A stretch of 63,266 nucleotides of DNA, filler included, from Collodictyon triciliatum (lineage: Eukaryota): the NCBI GenBank assembly GCA_043381765.1. It is 21 parts of 21 records of this genome, joined end to end, with 100 filler letters (N's around TTAATTAATTAA, not from the genome) between each part and the next. Parts side by side here need not be neighbours in the genome. Positions count along the whole stretch, not along the records: positions 25,829 to 28,764 come from JBHJMP010008048.1; positions 28,865 to 31,800 come from JBHJMP010008049.1; positions 31,901 to 34,835 come from JBHJMP010008050.1; positions 34,936 to 37,866 come from JBHJMP010008051.1; positions 37,967 to 40,902 come from JBHJMP010008052.1; positions 41,003 to 43,936 come from JBHJMP010008053.1; 15 more parts are not named here. One strand, given 5' to 3'. The notes beneath the pieces are model-generated. The model had not been told where the DNA came from, did not search any database, and saw nothing but the letters and a program-made list of their open reading frames with translations. Shown here in pieces: positions 25,895-41,543 of the stretch (position 1 is its first letter; the number at the start of each line of letters is the position of its first letter). A program made the position numbers and the translations under genes.

Positions 25895-28229
25895 CGTGAT
25901 AAAAAGGAATTTATGCATGCAAAGTCTGTGATACTTTGGGCCTCTGGTGATAATTTCACAACTGATCTGTACTTATTGTTATTTTGGAACCCGTTTTTAT
26001 ATTTTTTTTTATTACATTTATTTCATCTATTTGAGGGATTATGTTATTCATAAAAGGATATTAGAGCAAAAACATCCTCTGAAAGGTCTCATTTAAGATT
26101 GCAAGGCTTTCTTTCGCCATTACCGAAGGAGGTCGTCTTTAGAGGTTTCCTCAATCACGTATTTGTACCCAGTCAACTTATTGCCTCAACTAAGAAGAAT
26201 ACATTTATCCATATAATAGAACTTTGATTGCCGAATTGGGCCTGAAAACTCTGTATTCTCTTTCATTTAATTTTTTTTAAGAGAGTGTAAAAAATATTGA
26301 TAATGAAAAAAATATAAACAGCTATATTTTTGGCCGTACTTAGAGAGTCAGTTTATGTATATGAACATGAGCATTATGCTTTTAAAAGAAAAGACAGAGA
26401 ATTCCAATACCCTTGCATCATCTTTTGTGTTGTTGACAACGTATCGAAAAATGACAAATGTGGTAGGATTTCCACTGCCCCAGAGCCGAACCGTTCTATC
26501 AGCAGAAAAAGTCAACAAATAATCATTCTTGAGACTATACACAACTGAAAGAACCGGGGCGCTGTGTCCTATCCATCAAGTTAACAGGTAGATTATGGAC
26601 AAGTGGTATAATGAGTAACTTACTTCGTCCACAATCTAGTGCCACTATATAGTGTTGGATACACAAGCAAAACCTGATGAGCTGAATGCCATTTTATAAA
26701 ATACCTCGATAATCTGTTCCTTCTTTAAACTTTGCTAAAGGGAGCTTTATTTCACGAGTGACTTTATCAGACCCGCAGTTGGTTATTCTCTCTGCGTTGC
26801 CTTGATTGATACAAATCGACAGTATTAAGATTCTCTTTCTCTTCCTTTATTTTTAAAAACCATTATCACACAGAAACACCCAAGGGGGGAATAAACAAGA
26901 AGGCAGTGATATTGAAAAATATTCACTTGAATGAATCATGCGTAGAGTGGCGCCGGAGTGTGGCAGAATAGCATATCCCCAGGTTGAGGGACATGAGGAG
27001 ACTCACGATTTATGGGGTACTTTTTTCCAGTAAGTTCCTATAATTTCAAGTGAAAGAACGCAATATCAAAACATATCTCAAAATTCTCATCTTTCTCAAT
27101 AAATACGATTTTTTTTTTCAATTTGAAAATCAGCTATTATTCATTCAGTCACAGGCTTTCCTTTAAAAACAATTTAAAGAAAAAAGAAAAGATGATTATT
27201 ATGTATATAAGCCAGGTGTATGTATGTGATTAACTCTTTTTAAATTTTTTATGATATTTATTATATATGATTAAGTGCTAGTTATAAATGCAAAACCCTG
27301 ATGAGCCTAATCTCTTTAAAGTTGTCTTTGGTTTTGTTGAGTTGACTGAAGCAGCTCCGTATCTTGATGACTTTACCCTTGAGTGAAATGTAATTGGGTT
27401 GTCAACAACTTTTGGAACTTTTCTTTCAAAGTTGAGGAGGTTGAAGCCATACATGCAAAAAAGAAGGGGAAAACATGGTTGAGATTGGGTTATAACACAT
27501 GTGACTTCTTTGTGTCAATCAGTCCAATATGTAAAGAAATATTGCACAATACCCTTTATGAATTTATCTCCATTTTAATCGTCTTGTAAACGAAACAGAT
27601 AATGGGAAATGAGATGAAGAAAAACATAATAACAAGGTGAGATTAAATAAAGTATATACGACCTCTCCCAATCTTACGAAGGGGCTTTTCTTCCGCTTTG
27701 GGCCCTGGTTTGATAACAAAATCCGTCATAGGGTAGGAATTGACCTGCAGTGGCTTTGAAGGAAACACTGAAATGACTTCGTCACTTTGCTAGGTATTAC
27801 AAAGAGTGTTGAAATTTTTGTTTATATTATAGATATAACTAATTTTTTATTCACATAGATGCATTTTTAATAGACTATTTATGATAATATATTGTTTAAT
27901 CGTAAGAAAGGGCAAATATATGAATATACAATTCGAATAGGATATGTAGTCACGACGAAGCTAAATACTGGAAAAAAATGATTGGCCATGCAGCGAAGGC
28001 ACTTTATTTTAAAAAGAAATAGACGGGTTGATTTTCTTACCACTTTCGAATGCCGGTCATTAATATTAGTAAACGAGAAAAATGAGATCCTATCAACGTT
28101 ATCATGACAAACCGACGTGTCAGTGAAGGGACAAACGACATAATTCGATGCAGTAAACCCGACACTGGGATATGCTAAAGATGCCGATGATGGTGCTACT
28201 GGTGATTAAGTGGACGTTTCAAGAAAGGC

Positions 28230-28260
<31 letters not shown>

Positions 28261-28764
28261 CAAAACAAAACAAAACAAAACAAAAAAAGGAAAATTAGAG
28301 GCTTCATGGTCATCTTGTAAACAACCAATAAAATTCGAGGAGGTCCGTCCTTCCTTCCTTTACCTTTTATTTAAAGAAAAAGTAAAATATATTATGGACA
28401 TAATGCATATGTTCCCAAAGAAACGAAAAAAATTTAGTACACATACTGGCTCTTGTGTTTGGGAATCTACTTGAACTAGACCAACGGTTGTCCCAACCAG
28501 TTTTTTGGTTTCCAAGTTTGGTTAAGTCTCGTTGTCTGAATATAAAAGATATATACATTAGAGCGGAAGATGAAGTAAACCTCATAAAAAAAAGACGAGA
28601 AAGAAAGTGGCATTTTGATGGAATAAAGAACACAACATTTATGCATAGTGAATTTGTGACCAGTTCAAATATGAACATACATATATATGAACATTACAAA
28701 GTCTGGTCAACAGCGAAAATACTTTCGTCTTCGCCGTTATGGTGTGGTGTTTGGTCTGCAGTGA
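25895..28764 (-). pseudogene. WDR27: WDR27-like WD40 gene, copy B (middle to C-terminal part), damaged
   Basis: VVDNPITFHSRVKSSRYG (~27345-27400), YLLTFSADRTVRLW, SKFYYMDKCILLS*GNKL with in-frame TGA at 26186-26188, AQSITDFACINSFLS; acceptor near 25991 reads GG instead of AG. Confidence 0.75.
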
Positions 28765-29165
28765 NNNNNNNNNNNNNNNNNNNNNNNNNNNNNNNNNNNN
28801 NNNNNNNNTTAATTAATTAANNNNNNNNNNNNNNNNNNNNNNNNNNNNNNNNNNNNNNNNNNNNCCCATCGCTGGCAAACAGGAAAGTCTGCAAAGGTAG
28901 TGTGAGGAAGTGATACAATCGCGCAGGCTTTTTGTTCCGCACGCACTGCTGCAGTTTTGTTATTGGACAGAAACTTACTTCTACGATGGAATTCCCACCG
29001 CGTTGCTTAAGCATATGTTTTTTTTTCTTTTCTTTTTGATTTATTTATTTTTGGAAAAAAGTGTTATAGAATAACGCTAACTTTTTTCAAAAACAGTAAG
29101 CTTTGTAGATATTCGAACATATCCATTTTCTTTTCTTTTTTGCAGATTAAATACCATCCAAAGGA

Positions 29166-29215
29166 ATTTGTATGGCATAACCTCGCTACACTTTGAATCG
29201 AATAAAGGAAAAAAA
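29166..29215 (+). mobile_element. Ultra-short poly(A) retro-insertion, copy 5 (longest, 50 nt)
   Basis: ATTTGTATGGCATAACCTCGCTACACTTTGAATCGAATAAAGG-A(n); perfect 17-bp duplication aaataccatccaaagga at 29149-29165 and 29216-29232. Confidence 0.92.
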
Positions 29216-29399
29216 AAATACCATCCAAAGGAGGTCGATCAAAGATCACTAGTGATTATTTAATTCATATAAACTGTGTATTGTGTCGATGCACTAAATT
29301 AAATTTTAATCACTGCCAGGCTTCTCCCTACTTTCAATATTTTTTTTTATTACTTTCCGAAAAAAAAAACCATGAAGTATGATTCTGATGAAGATCCAA

Positions 29400-31450
29400 A
29401 AACTGGCACAGGATTTAATCTAATTCTTGCGGCATGAAGCGCCAGACATTCCCAAAGCTGTACTTCACAGCCTCATGGTCCAAGTCAACGGTTGAATCTG
29501 GGTCATAACGGGGCAATAAGTTTCTTTTCTAAAGAAAATATTAATGGAAGGCATAGTATGCCCCCTTTAATCATTTATCATTTTTTAATTTAATCTCATG
29601 TATATACATCTATTAATTTATTTATTCGTGGAAGCAAGTTTTCATTAAATTACCGATGTTTGAATTGGGCAGTTTTTCGGATGTGGTCTAAATATACATA
29701 TATTTTAATGGTAAAATTGGTCGATACATTTGATTCCGAAGCACACACAATGGTCTAGATAAAAAAAAAACTGCTGTCGTCTGACTTACATCCTTATTGC
29801 TGAAATCCACATCCATGTAAGTAGTAGGCGAATATGAGTGAGTAGAATAAAGACTGCTGTGTTGAAAAAAAAGGTATAGTAAATGTATATTTAAAAATAA
29901 TCGCGTACTCTTCGTGTGGTGTGATCTTTGATGAAAGACTAGGGCTTGGTATGCCACTTTTTTTTTTCGGAGGAGGTTTAGGTGAGACTTTGTCTTCCGA
30001 ATCCTTATACATTTTTTTTTTAAAAAAAGAGAAAAGCGATGAAAAGTATGTCGCATAGCTATATAAGAAGTCTATTAGATATTTTATAGTGTAGAAAATG
30101 ATAGAAATATTACATGGAATATGAAGGAAGGATAAGAATAATCGGAAAGAAAATCATGATTATATTGCGAATTTTTTTCTGATAACATGGTTTATCATGA
30201 ACTTCTTATTCTCAAAAGCGATAGGGGAATATTTACAGAGTTGGAGCTAGTTTTAGGCGCAGATGATGGAGGCTGGCTCTGTTTGTTTGATGATTGTTAC
30301 GAAGGTCTTACGCTTTTGTATCATATATTCATATAGTCCTGATATGGAGATTGAGACTAGAGAAATTAGAATAATGTAATTTAAAATTTAATACAAAGAA
30401 AATACCAATACATTATGTTTTTGTACGCTTGATTCTTTCCCTTTCTTCTTGGTTCCATTTTCCACTGGCTTGTCTGAGTTGAACTCATGAACTATTCTCT
30501 CCGTCGAGAAGGTCACAGCTATTTTAAAATTTTTATCAAAATTGAATAAAATTATGATTGATATTTGTGTATTAAGGAATTTTAGACAATACTATGCATG
30601 AGAGCAAATGCAAGTTTGTTGTCTATCTAGTACACATGACATTACACAAGTGTAGTTTTATTCCTCTTTAATTAGTTGGACAATTCACCTTTTCGGACTT
30701 TCGAAGGAGACGATTGAGAAAGGTGCTCATCTAAATATGTACCATAGCAGCCACATGGTTAAAATGTATGTATAGCATCATTCACATGTACAAAAGAATA
30801 TTATGCGATGGTATAGCAAAGGCTTTGTTTTGGTGAAAGCAAAATATTGCCTTTTGATGCAAAATTTGGAATGACTTCGTTTATTTTGTCGATAATTGGA
30901 GAACATGCCGACACGGGGACATCAGATATCTGAGGTAAATCATTTGAATAGAGAGGGTTGAGAATAGGGGACTACATCAAATCATTTTACATCTTCCTTA
31001 ACATCACCATTGATTCCGGCTGCTGCGGCACAACGGTGCTGATTAGTTTGACCTCTTCGCTATCCATTTCAGCATTCAGAACATTATGTGGTGATTCAAC
31101 TAAATTGAGTAATAAATAAAATAAAATAAAACAGCATTTTTTTTAAAAAAAAAAATCCCCTCGGATATTTTCAAAATACTGAATCAAGTATTGGTGCACG
31201 TATGTTTCAGACCTAAGAAACACATCACTAAAATATAAATATATTCAATTTATAAAAGGGAAGATAACAAAAAAAAGAATGAATCATATTTCCGGATAAA
31301 AGTAATGCTGAATCCATTCAAACCTTCATCAAGCTCCTCGGTTTCTGTTTCTGTCTCGATTTCTAAGGGCAATGACAGAAGTCTACTTATATGTTGTGAC
31401 TCCTTTTCTTTAGCATCCCCGGAATCTAAAGACGCTGTTTCGTGTTTATT
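29400..31450 (-). CDS. Probable multi-exon gene of unknown function (Ser/Lys/Pro-rich)
   Basis: Several short open exon-like segments bounded by minus-strand donors (e.g. DSEDKVSPKPPPKKKSGIPSPSLSSKITPHEE; DVDFSNKD then gtaagt). No domain recognised. Confidence 0.35.
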
Positions 31451-32124
31451 TTTCTTTTAGGGTAAATAAGAAATACAAACGGTAGAGGAATTTTAAGAGT
31501 AAATACTATACCTGGCCAAAAATAAAATAAAAGAAAAGAAAAATAGAAGGATTGATACAAATGCTAAAGTAGTGCAATGAGACGATTAAAATCCCTGTGT
31601 CTTACACATTTTTGATATAAATGAGGATGTCGTTTGAATTGAGACAGCTTGTGAACTTTGGCTGGATAGCTATTTTAAGGAAAATTTTTAAAAAAAAGTT
31701 AAGCATAACAGAATGTAAAGTAATTGATTTTTTCAAGGTTTAATTGTAAAACATCCACTTATATACCTTCGATCGAATAAGGGGGGGGGGGGGGGGGGGG
31801 NNNNNNNNNNNNNNNNNNNNNNNNNNNNNNNNNNNNNNNNNNNNTTAATTAATTAANNNNNNNNNNNNNNNNNNNNNNNNNNNNNNNNNNNNNNNNNNNN
31901 CCAAAGAAAACCAAAGAAAACCAAAGAAAACCAAAGAAAACCAAAGAAAACCAAAGAAAACCAAAGAAAACCAAAGAAAACCAAAGAAAACCAAAGAAAA
32001 ATAAAGAGAAAACCTCCTTCGTAATATCATATGATTCAATACTATTAAAAATAATCAAACACAAACTGAATAGCCGTATAGTAGTTCATTAAGATTATTA
32101 TTAATAATAATAGCATATATATAC

Positions 32125-33992
<1,868 letters not shown>

Positions 33993-34189
33993 TTGCCTGC
34001 CGTGCGCATTTTTTTCAGCTGTCAGTGCGGGGATGCCTTGGGTGCTCCCGTATATTCGGGAGTGTGTGGCGTGGCGGGAGAGCAGCCCACAATTCGGACG
34101 TGTTGTGTGGCGTTTGGATCGCCTCCGTCAAGTCAAGGAGCGACAGGGGCCGTGTTTCATTCGTTTGTGTAGCGCTTCGAGAAGCAACC

Positions 34190-34640
34190 ATGGACGGCAC
34201 GACAGGCTCAGCTCAGAGGGCTCGCCTGGAGCAGTTCATTCTGTGGCTCAAAGGAAACGGCTTTGTCTTTGTGGCATCTGGTGCTTCTGTCCCGCTGGTG
34301 AGGATCGAGCACCTGGGTCCCACACAAGGCTTCGGCGTTGTGGCCAGCGCGGACTTGGAGCCAGGTTTTCAGCTTGCATGGCCGATCTGGGCTCATGCGC
34401 GCGTTGTGTTGAACGCATGTGGTCTTTCTCTGTCGTTCATTCATTCTCTCGTTCTCTGGCAAGTGGCGCCTGACACACACCTATGCTCCCAGGCCGCTGC
34501 GTTTGTCGCATTCCAAAGAGAGCGGTGCTTTCGCGGGTGAATTGCAGCGTGTCGCATATACTGAGGACTGAGCCGGTATGGAAATGCCGCAGAACATGTC
34601 TAGTTGTCTGCGGGTTGTATGAACGTTCTATTGGTGAGAG
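34190..34640 (+). CDS. SET-domain lysine methyltransferase (SETD6/Rubisco LSMT-like), 5' exons
   Basis: RLEQFILWLKGNG...GFGVVASADLEPG|..CRIPKRAVLSRVNCSVSHIL; starts ~200 bp head-to-head from the hydrolase ATG. Confidence 0.75.
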
Positions 34641-34729
34641 GTACGCACCGTCCTTTTCAATTACTCACTGCATTAGTACAAATAACACATAATAATAGAC
34701 ATCTTGAAAATACACCTACATTCATCCAC

Positions 34730-34835
34730 CAAATAAGAAATAACAAATAAGAAATAACAAATAAGAAATAACAAATAAGAAATAACAAATAAGAAATAAC
34801 AAATAAGAAATAACAAATAAGAAATAACAAATAAG
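34730..34835. repeat. 14-nt tandem repeat (AAATAAGAAATAAC)n
   Basis: Direct reading. Confidence 0.95.
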
Positions 34836-35369
34836 NNNNNNNNNNNNNNNNNNNNNNNNNNNNNNNNNNNNNNNNNNNNTTAATTAATTAANNNNNNNNN
34901 NNNNNNNNNNNNNNNNNNNNNNNNNNNNNNNNNNNAGCCATTATGATGCGTATTGGATACACGATATCTCTGCAACCTTGGTGCCGGATCCAAAACCTCA
35001 AACTGTTTTGAGTGCCAACTTGTGATTAAAAAACAAATTCTTAGGAACATGACACCTGAAAATAAGAGGAGCGCTGTTGTTGTAGTTGTCGTGGTTATCT
35101 CCCCCTTCATTTTCCTCATCTGATTCTTACATTTGTTGTCTCCAAAGGCATTCTGACTTGTGCTTCTCTCAGCTCTTGGACATGTGAATGACACGTTTTT
35201 TTTTTTAAAAAAAATTCCTTTACTCATTTACTTGATTCTGTTACATATTTTTGGGACAAAGACTTTTTACTTTATATTATTAATCTCCAACTCAGGTTAT
35301 ATTTCTTCAGTTATTTTACGAGTTACTTTATAAGTATTTTCTTTTTAAATTGAGAGCTTGGTTCTACAG

Positions 35370-37673
35370 GATTTAAAAGTTGCCGAAGCTTTATATGATG
35401 AACTCGAACAGAAAGTTATTTCCTACATTCGGGCTTGGGAAGGTATTTCTTTAAATTATATCTTCTTGTCTGATGCATCTTCAAAGCCATATGTATTCTC
35501 ATAGAATTAAGAAATTTCCTCAAAATAATTTGCATCTTTAGCTACACAGAAAGCTTCCGCAGAGATGACAAAATTCGTTCTGAATTTTTCAGAAGATGGG
35601 CAATCAAGCAAGCAAAGTATTACGCAAAAACAAAAACAAAAACAAAAACAAAAACAAAAACAAAAACAAAAACAAAAACAAAAAAAAACAGGAAAAAAAC
35701 ACAAAAACAAACACAAAAACAAACACAAACACAAAAAACATAAACATAAACATAAACATAAACATAAACAAAAACAAAAAAATCAGGAAAAAACACAAAG
35801 AAATACATAGTTAATCATAGAAATACATTTTAGTTCTTTCATTTCTCTCTTCTAGAGTCAAAGTGGGAGAAAAATCCCAGGAAAATCAATACATTTCATA
35901 ATATATATACATACATATTCGATATAACATTCTAAAGTTTGGATTTATTTTAATGCAGAGGATGCGTTTAAATCGTACGGCGATACATTGACGAAAACAG
36001 ATTTCATAGAACAGAATTGGGTATCTAAAACAAATGAAACCAAAAAATACTGATGAATTATTTGAACTAGTTTATCGACATGCAGTTATTATTATTTTTT
36101 TACATTTATTTGATTCAAATATGAACATGCAAGAATAGAATGCCATCAATTTTGATAATCGGGTGCCCTAAAAAATTCATTGGATTGATATCAAAAATAT
36201 ATTTTCTGAACTGCTTTCACTTCGACTATTTTCAGGTCACTGCACTGGAAAACTGGGTTTTGACCCCTGTGCGCTCAACACAAAACGATATTAAGCACGC
36301 AAAAGTACTTCAACATGAATTAAAGAACCTCTAAATGGAATTAAATAGTATTTTTGTTTATATTTTGAGTATTTGTGATTTGATATTAAAACGGGCGTTG
36401 TTTGAAAATTAAAATAGAAACTGAAGCACTCTTATCTCGAAGTGGCCTTAGAGGTTGAGTCTCATCAGGCCAAGGTTTTTTCTTTTCATCACGACGGAAA
36501 TGTTCTTAATCACCGGTCAATAAAATGTATATATATATATATATTTGTTACAGGTGAGAGATTTGCGCCAAAGGCCTGGACCCAAAACAATACAGGTACT
36601 ATTTACAGTTTAATTATATATTATATAAATCACAATGAATAGTTGGCCATGTTCTGATATAAAATAAATTTTAATTGTTTTGTTTAAGTATTTCTACATA
36701 ATACAATACCTTCATTCCTTCAATCTGGATAAATACAGCGACTAATAGATACTTCAAACTGTTTTTATTACTATTTTCCCCATCTCGTCAACCTCTAACA
36801 GGCTGAAAAGGAGCTGGACGAGGTGACAAAGAAGAAAAACAATATTGTCAGAGTTTACCGAGATGGTTGCAACTATATATGATAGAAGATTGATTGAAAT
36901 CCTACAGATATTCAATAGTTTGATTGAATCTAGAAAGGTTAGCCTAGTTTATACGCATACATAGATATTTTTTAGCTTATTTTTCTGTCCTGTGATTTTT
37001 TTTTTGAATGATGTATGGGAACCTCCTTGTGCAAATATAAATATACTTTTATCACAGAAATACAGTGGCGAATGCTTCTCGATGCTTGGTTCGATAAGTT
37101 TGTTCATACCAGAGCAAATGGAAGTTGAAAAATAAGAAGAAAATCTATTGACACAGCACACTGCAATTTTCATAATATATGATTGACATATCAACGTAAA
37201 ATAATCCAAATAAATACTCAGGAAAGAGCGCAGTAAAATGATATCAATTTTGATTCTATTTTCAATATTAATTAGGTGCCAGTCACTCATAAAGCAGGCA
37301 CAGCGCATGACCATGAGTCTGGCAAAACCAATTTCATTTGATGAATTGGGCAATCCTCATGAGGATAGCTCTGAAGCAAACAGAGCTCGAATTATTTCCG
37401 ATGGTGCCATTTCCGAGTATCCAAGCGAGGTATACCACATAATGAGCAATCAACCGATATTATTTGGACCATGGATTTTATAGCTTCGTCTTCTCGCATG
37501 TAAACCAATGATAGTCATACAAAAATACTCTAGGCTCCCAAGTCTCACTCCAACATTCATACTTGATTTTTAGCGATGTCTCCGTTCATGCTTTAATTGC
37601 GTTTTAACTTTGTTCTTTAAAACGTATATAGGCTTTTCCTGATGAACCATGCGAATCAAGAAGTCTCGCAGAA
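35370..37673 (+). CDS. Probable BAR-domain / coiled-coil protein, multi-exon, partial
   Basis: Exons read AEALYDELEQKVISYIRAWE, DAFKSYGDTLTK, LENWVLTPVRSTQNDIKHAK, EVESHQAK|VRDLRQR, AEKELDEVTKKK: helix pattern typical of BAR domains. Confidence 0.55.
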
Positions 37674-39438
37674 GTCGCGGAAGAGGACTTGCCTGTTATC
37701 AACTGACTCTCGATTTCAACTTTCTCATCATTTCCAGCGTTCCATTTCCTTTTCTCTTCGTTCGTTTTCCTTCGCACACAGCCCTTGTTTATTATTTTTG
37801 CATCCGAGACACGGCATCTGCTAATGAGAAATACCACAATAGAGTCCTCACAGCTATATTCAGCTANNNNNNNNNNNNNNNNNNNNNNNNNNNNNNNNNN
37901 NNNNNNNNNNTTAATTAATTAANNNNNNNNNNNNNNNNNNNNNNNNNNNNNNNNNNNNNNNNNNNNACAAACAAACAAACAAACAAACAAACAAACAAAC
38001 AAACAAACAAACAAACAAACAAAAACAAAAACAAAAACAAAAAGAAAACAAAAAAAAAAAAGAAAACGAACAAACATATATATGAACTGAGAAAAAGCGG
38101 TGTAAAGATCAATTTAAGATGTATAGAAACAATTAAAGGAAAAAAAAATGTATAGAAACAAACAGGAGGAGGGGAGATACGTGCCGTAGAATTGTTACCT
38201 CATTTTCTGTTGGCTTTACTTAATCTTTATTTTTTTTTTATTTTTTTTTGCAGTCTGATCTGGGCTGATTCCTTGCTGGATTCTTGTCTTTGGTGCTGTG
38301 TGATCGTGTGATCGTGTGATTGCGTGATTGTGATTGTGTGGTTTTTGTCGCGGGCAGAAAATAGAACCACAGGTGTTTGATTGTTGTTTATTTTATTTTC
38401 CACATTTATAATCATCATGCGTCTATGGGTTTTGTCCTTGCTAGGTGAGTTGACATTTAGATACGGGCATGTATTTGGTGCCTGAAGGGAAGAGGGTGCG
38501 AATGGGCGACAGAGAGGAGGGCAGGTCTGGGCCTGGGCGTGGGCTTCAGGGCTCAAGTTACAGTCAGACTGTCTCGTCTCATGTTGATTTGCAATCCCTT
38601 TCTTTATCGTGTCATCATGGCTCTTGTTCCCTCCAAGGAGTTGTGCCAGGCGTATACCAGCCACCAGGAAAAAAACCAACTATATTTACATTTGCGGAAT
38701 TTATTAACTTACAAGATAATTGCAAGCTAAGTAAAATTATTAGATAATCTTGTGACATTCTATAATGTGTTTAATTAAATAATTCAGATATATGTGCTTC
38801 AGACCAAAGATTAGCATTTATAGCGGAGTGATAGCAAGGTGCCTCACCAAGTCTGTCGCTTTTCACTGAATTTGGCCTACAATTCCCCTTCATCAAATTC
38901 TCAGATCAGCCGCAAAAACCAAACGTCGTCACCACCACAATACGCACAATTTTTTTTTTCAAACACACAAATAATCATTTGCCATAGTCTTTATTTTTTT
39001 TTCAGTTTATTTTTCACTTGGCTATGTGACAGAACATCGATGGGTGCGTTGATTGATTACGCTGTTGGAGGGCAAGATCGTCAGGTTGATGCAGCATGCG
39101 TCTATGCTGAAAAAAATAAAAAAGCACAGTTATTTGCCAAAGGTTCTTGTTCCTTCTTTATTTCACCCTTTTTTTTCTTCTGGTTCTCTGAACCGCACGG
39201 ACCTAAGGTGTTTCATAAAAATGGAGGATTTGATGCGCGAGTCAGGAAAAGACCGCTTGAAGAAGTGGGCAGTCGTTGAAAAAAAAAAAGAGTGGGACTG
39301 AAACTAACGTTGTTTCACATTTTCCTGAATATGGTTTTTTTAGGGGAAGTATTCTTTACTTCTTTCTGCTGACTTGTTCTTGTTTCTGACCAAGTACAAC
39401 TGTAGTAAGGCCACTTCTGCAAGAGCCCTCTGGGAATC

Positions 39439-39509
39439 ATGTCAGAAATGAAAGGAAAGACGGTTCTTATCACTGGCGCTGGTATGGGTATCGGCCGTGA
39501 GATGGCTTT
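39439..39509 (+). CDS. Short-chain dehydrogenase/reductase, first exon
   Basis: MSEMKGKTVLITGAGMGIGREMAL (TGxxxGIG) followed by a gtaag donor. Confidence 0.85.
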
Positions 39510-40046
39510 GTAAGAATCACCCGAAAGCACTACCCTCCTTTCCTTTCCTTTCCTTTCCTTTCCTTTCCTTTCCTTTCNNNNNNNNNNNNNNNNNNNNNNN
39601 NNNNNNNNNNNNNNNNNNNNNNNNNNNNNNNNNNNNNNNNNNNNNNNNNNNNNNNNNNNNNNNNNNNNNNNNNNNNNNNNNNNNNNNNNNNNNNNNNNNN
39701 NNNNNNNNNNNNNNNNNNNNNNNNNNNNNNNNNNNNNNNNNNNNNNNNNNNNNNNNNNNNNNNNNNNNNNNNNNNNNNNNNNNNNNNNNNNNNNNNNNNN
39801 NNNNNNNNNNNNNNNNNNNNNNNNNNNNNNNNNNNNNNNNNNNNNNNNNNNNNNNNNNNNNNNNNNNNNNNNNNNNNNNNNNNNNNNNNNNNNNNNNNNN
39901 NNNNNNNNNNNNNNNNNNNNNNNNNNNNNNNNNNNNNNNNNNNNNNNNNNNNNNNNNNNNNNNNNNNNNNNNNNNNNNNNNNNNNNNNNNNNNNNNNNNN
40001 NNNNNNNNNNNNNNNNNNNNNNNNNNTTTTTTTTTATTTTTTACAG

Positions 40047-40574
40047 CTGGGTTGCCAGTCTCGCCCCGCAAGGGAAAATCTTCTTGGATGATGGTGCGGT
40101 AAAAGCTCTGAAGAATATAACATCATTATATGCCGCTGGAATTTCGAAGGTTTTTTATTTTTGTATATTCCATTCACACCTCTGATTTAGGATTTATATT
40201 TCTTTTTGCTTTCCCTTGCTTTTTCCTCTCAAATTTAGATGTTATCAATCCTTTCTGTCATTTACTAGGTGGAAGGTAACTTTCCGGCGCAATCTGTGGT
40301 TTATTTATTCTCTCTAACTACAAAACTCGAAGTTGGTCGTGGTCTCGTGAATTACAGCAGCACTGAAATAGACGTCTTGGTGAGTAATCGTCTAGGCTCT
40401 CCCTTGACAATAAATATTTACATAAGTTGCTTATTATGTTACAAGTAATTGGTTGTTTTAGCTAACTTCGTCTCAACCATTTAGAAAGGAAAAAACAGCC
40501 ATGAATTCGAATCCATCCTCGGGTATCTTGGGTCCAAAACGATCATCGACCGCGATAACCTCGCTGTCCTGTAA
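40047..40574 (+). CDS. proB: Glutamate 5-kinase, C-terminal PUA-domain exons
   Basis: PQGKIFLDDGAVKAL..SLYAAGISK|VEGNF...EVGRGLVNYSSTEI..|KGKNSHEFESILGY...IIDRDNLAVL*. Confidence 0.92.
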
Positions 40575-41543
40575 CGCGTCTTCTTATGCTCAAATAACTC
40601 GTCAAATAAAAATCGAATTGCAAGGTTTTCAAAACGCAGAAGCGACAAAAAAAAAAGCGTGATTTTTGCTTGTAGAAAAAATATATATTGTTTTATTGGC
40701 ACACTGCCGATTTTATCGTCTTAAATTACATCGCAAAAATGACCAGAGGATATGCTCTACCACAAGTTAATAAAGTTTCTCTTTTTCTTCTTTTTTCTTT
40801 TCTTTTTTCTTTTCTTTTCTTTTTTTCTTTTCTTTTTTTCTTTTCTTTTTTTCTTTTCTTTTTTTCTTTTCTTTTTTTCTTTTCTTTTTTTCTTTTCTTT
40901 TTNNNNNNNNNNNNNNNNNNNNNNNNNNNNNNNNNNNNNNNNNNNNTTAATTAATTAANNNNNNNNNNNNNNNNNNNNNNNNNNNNNNNNNNNNNNNNNN
41001 NNTTTTTTTGTTTTTTTTGTTTTTTTTTGTTTTCGTTTGTTCGTTTGTTCGTTTTTTTTTTCGGGATACAAATTAACTTAAATCATTTATTTTTAAGCCT
41101 AAATTATGCAAAATCATCATGTTATTTTATTTATCAAAACCCTTTTTAAAAGGCATGATCTTCTCTTCATACCTTAAATTGATTCCTTTTATTTAATATA
41201 CTCTTGAAGTCTCCGCTGAAAGGATAAACTTTGTTATTATAGAAAATCCTACTTAAGAAAGTTGTTTATTTTCCGTCTTTCGAACGTTTTTGTCTTGTAC
41301 ATCGCCACAGGGGTACTATATATCTGTTCATTTTCCCTTGTTTTATTTTTTTGTGTTTTTTATTGTATCTCTTGGTTATTGTTTGTCCCCTTCCCCGCAT
41401 ACAAATACACAAAATATGTTATTAAAATAATATAATTTTATCTTTTAGAATCTAATTATGAATTAATTATTCTAATCGATATCTGTCGAACAAACAAATG
41501 AACCAAGATTTATAGTTTTACAAATAATATACCCCTTGTGTAG

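Noticed and set aside
26050-26062. Second U12 donor (ATATCCTTTT on the minus strand)
   Set aside because: It lies inside an intron already opened by a GT donor near 26122, with no exon boundary at this point.
31762-31800. Eighth copy of the short retro-insertion (…ccttcgatcgaataagggg)
   Set aside because: Several mismatches, no poly(A), and the contig ends in a G run so no TSD can be checked.
39439-40574. SDR - glutamate 5-kinase fusion
   Set aside because: The two pieces flank a ~450-N gap too small to hold the missing parts of both genes; mis-scaffolding or a wrong gap size is more likely. The same caution applies to PANK/Sec31 across 16488-16873.
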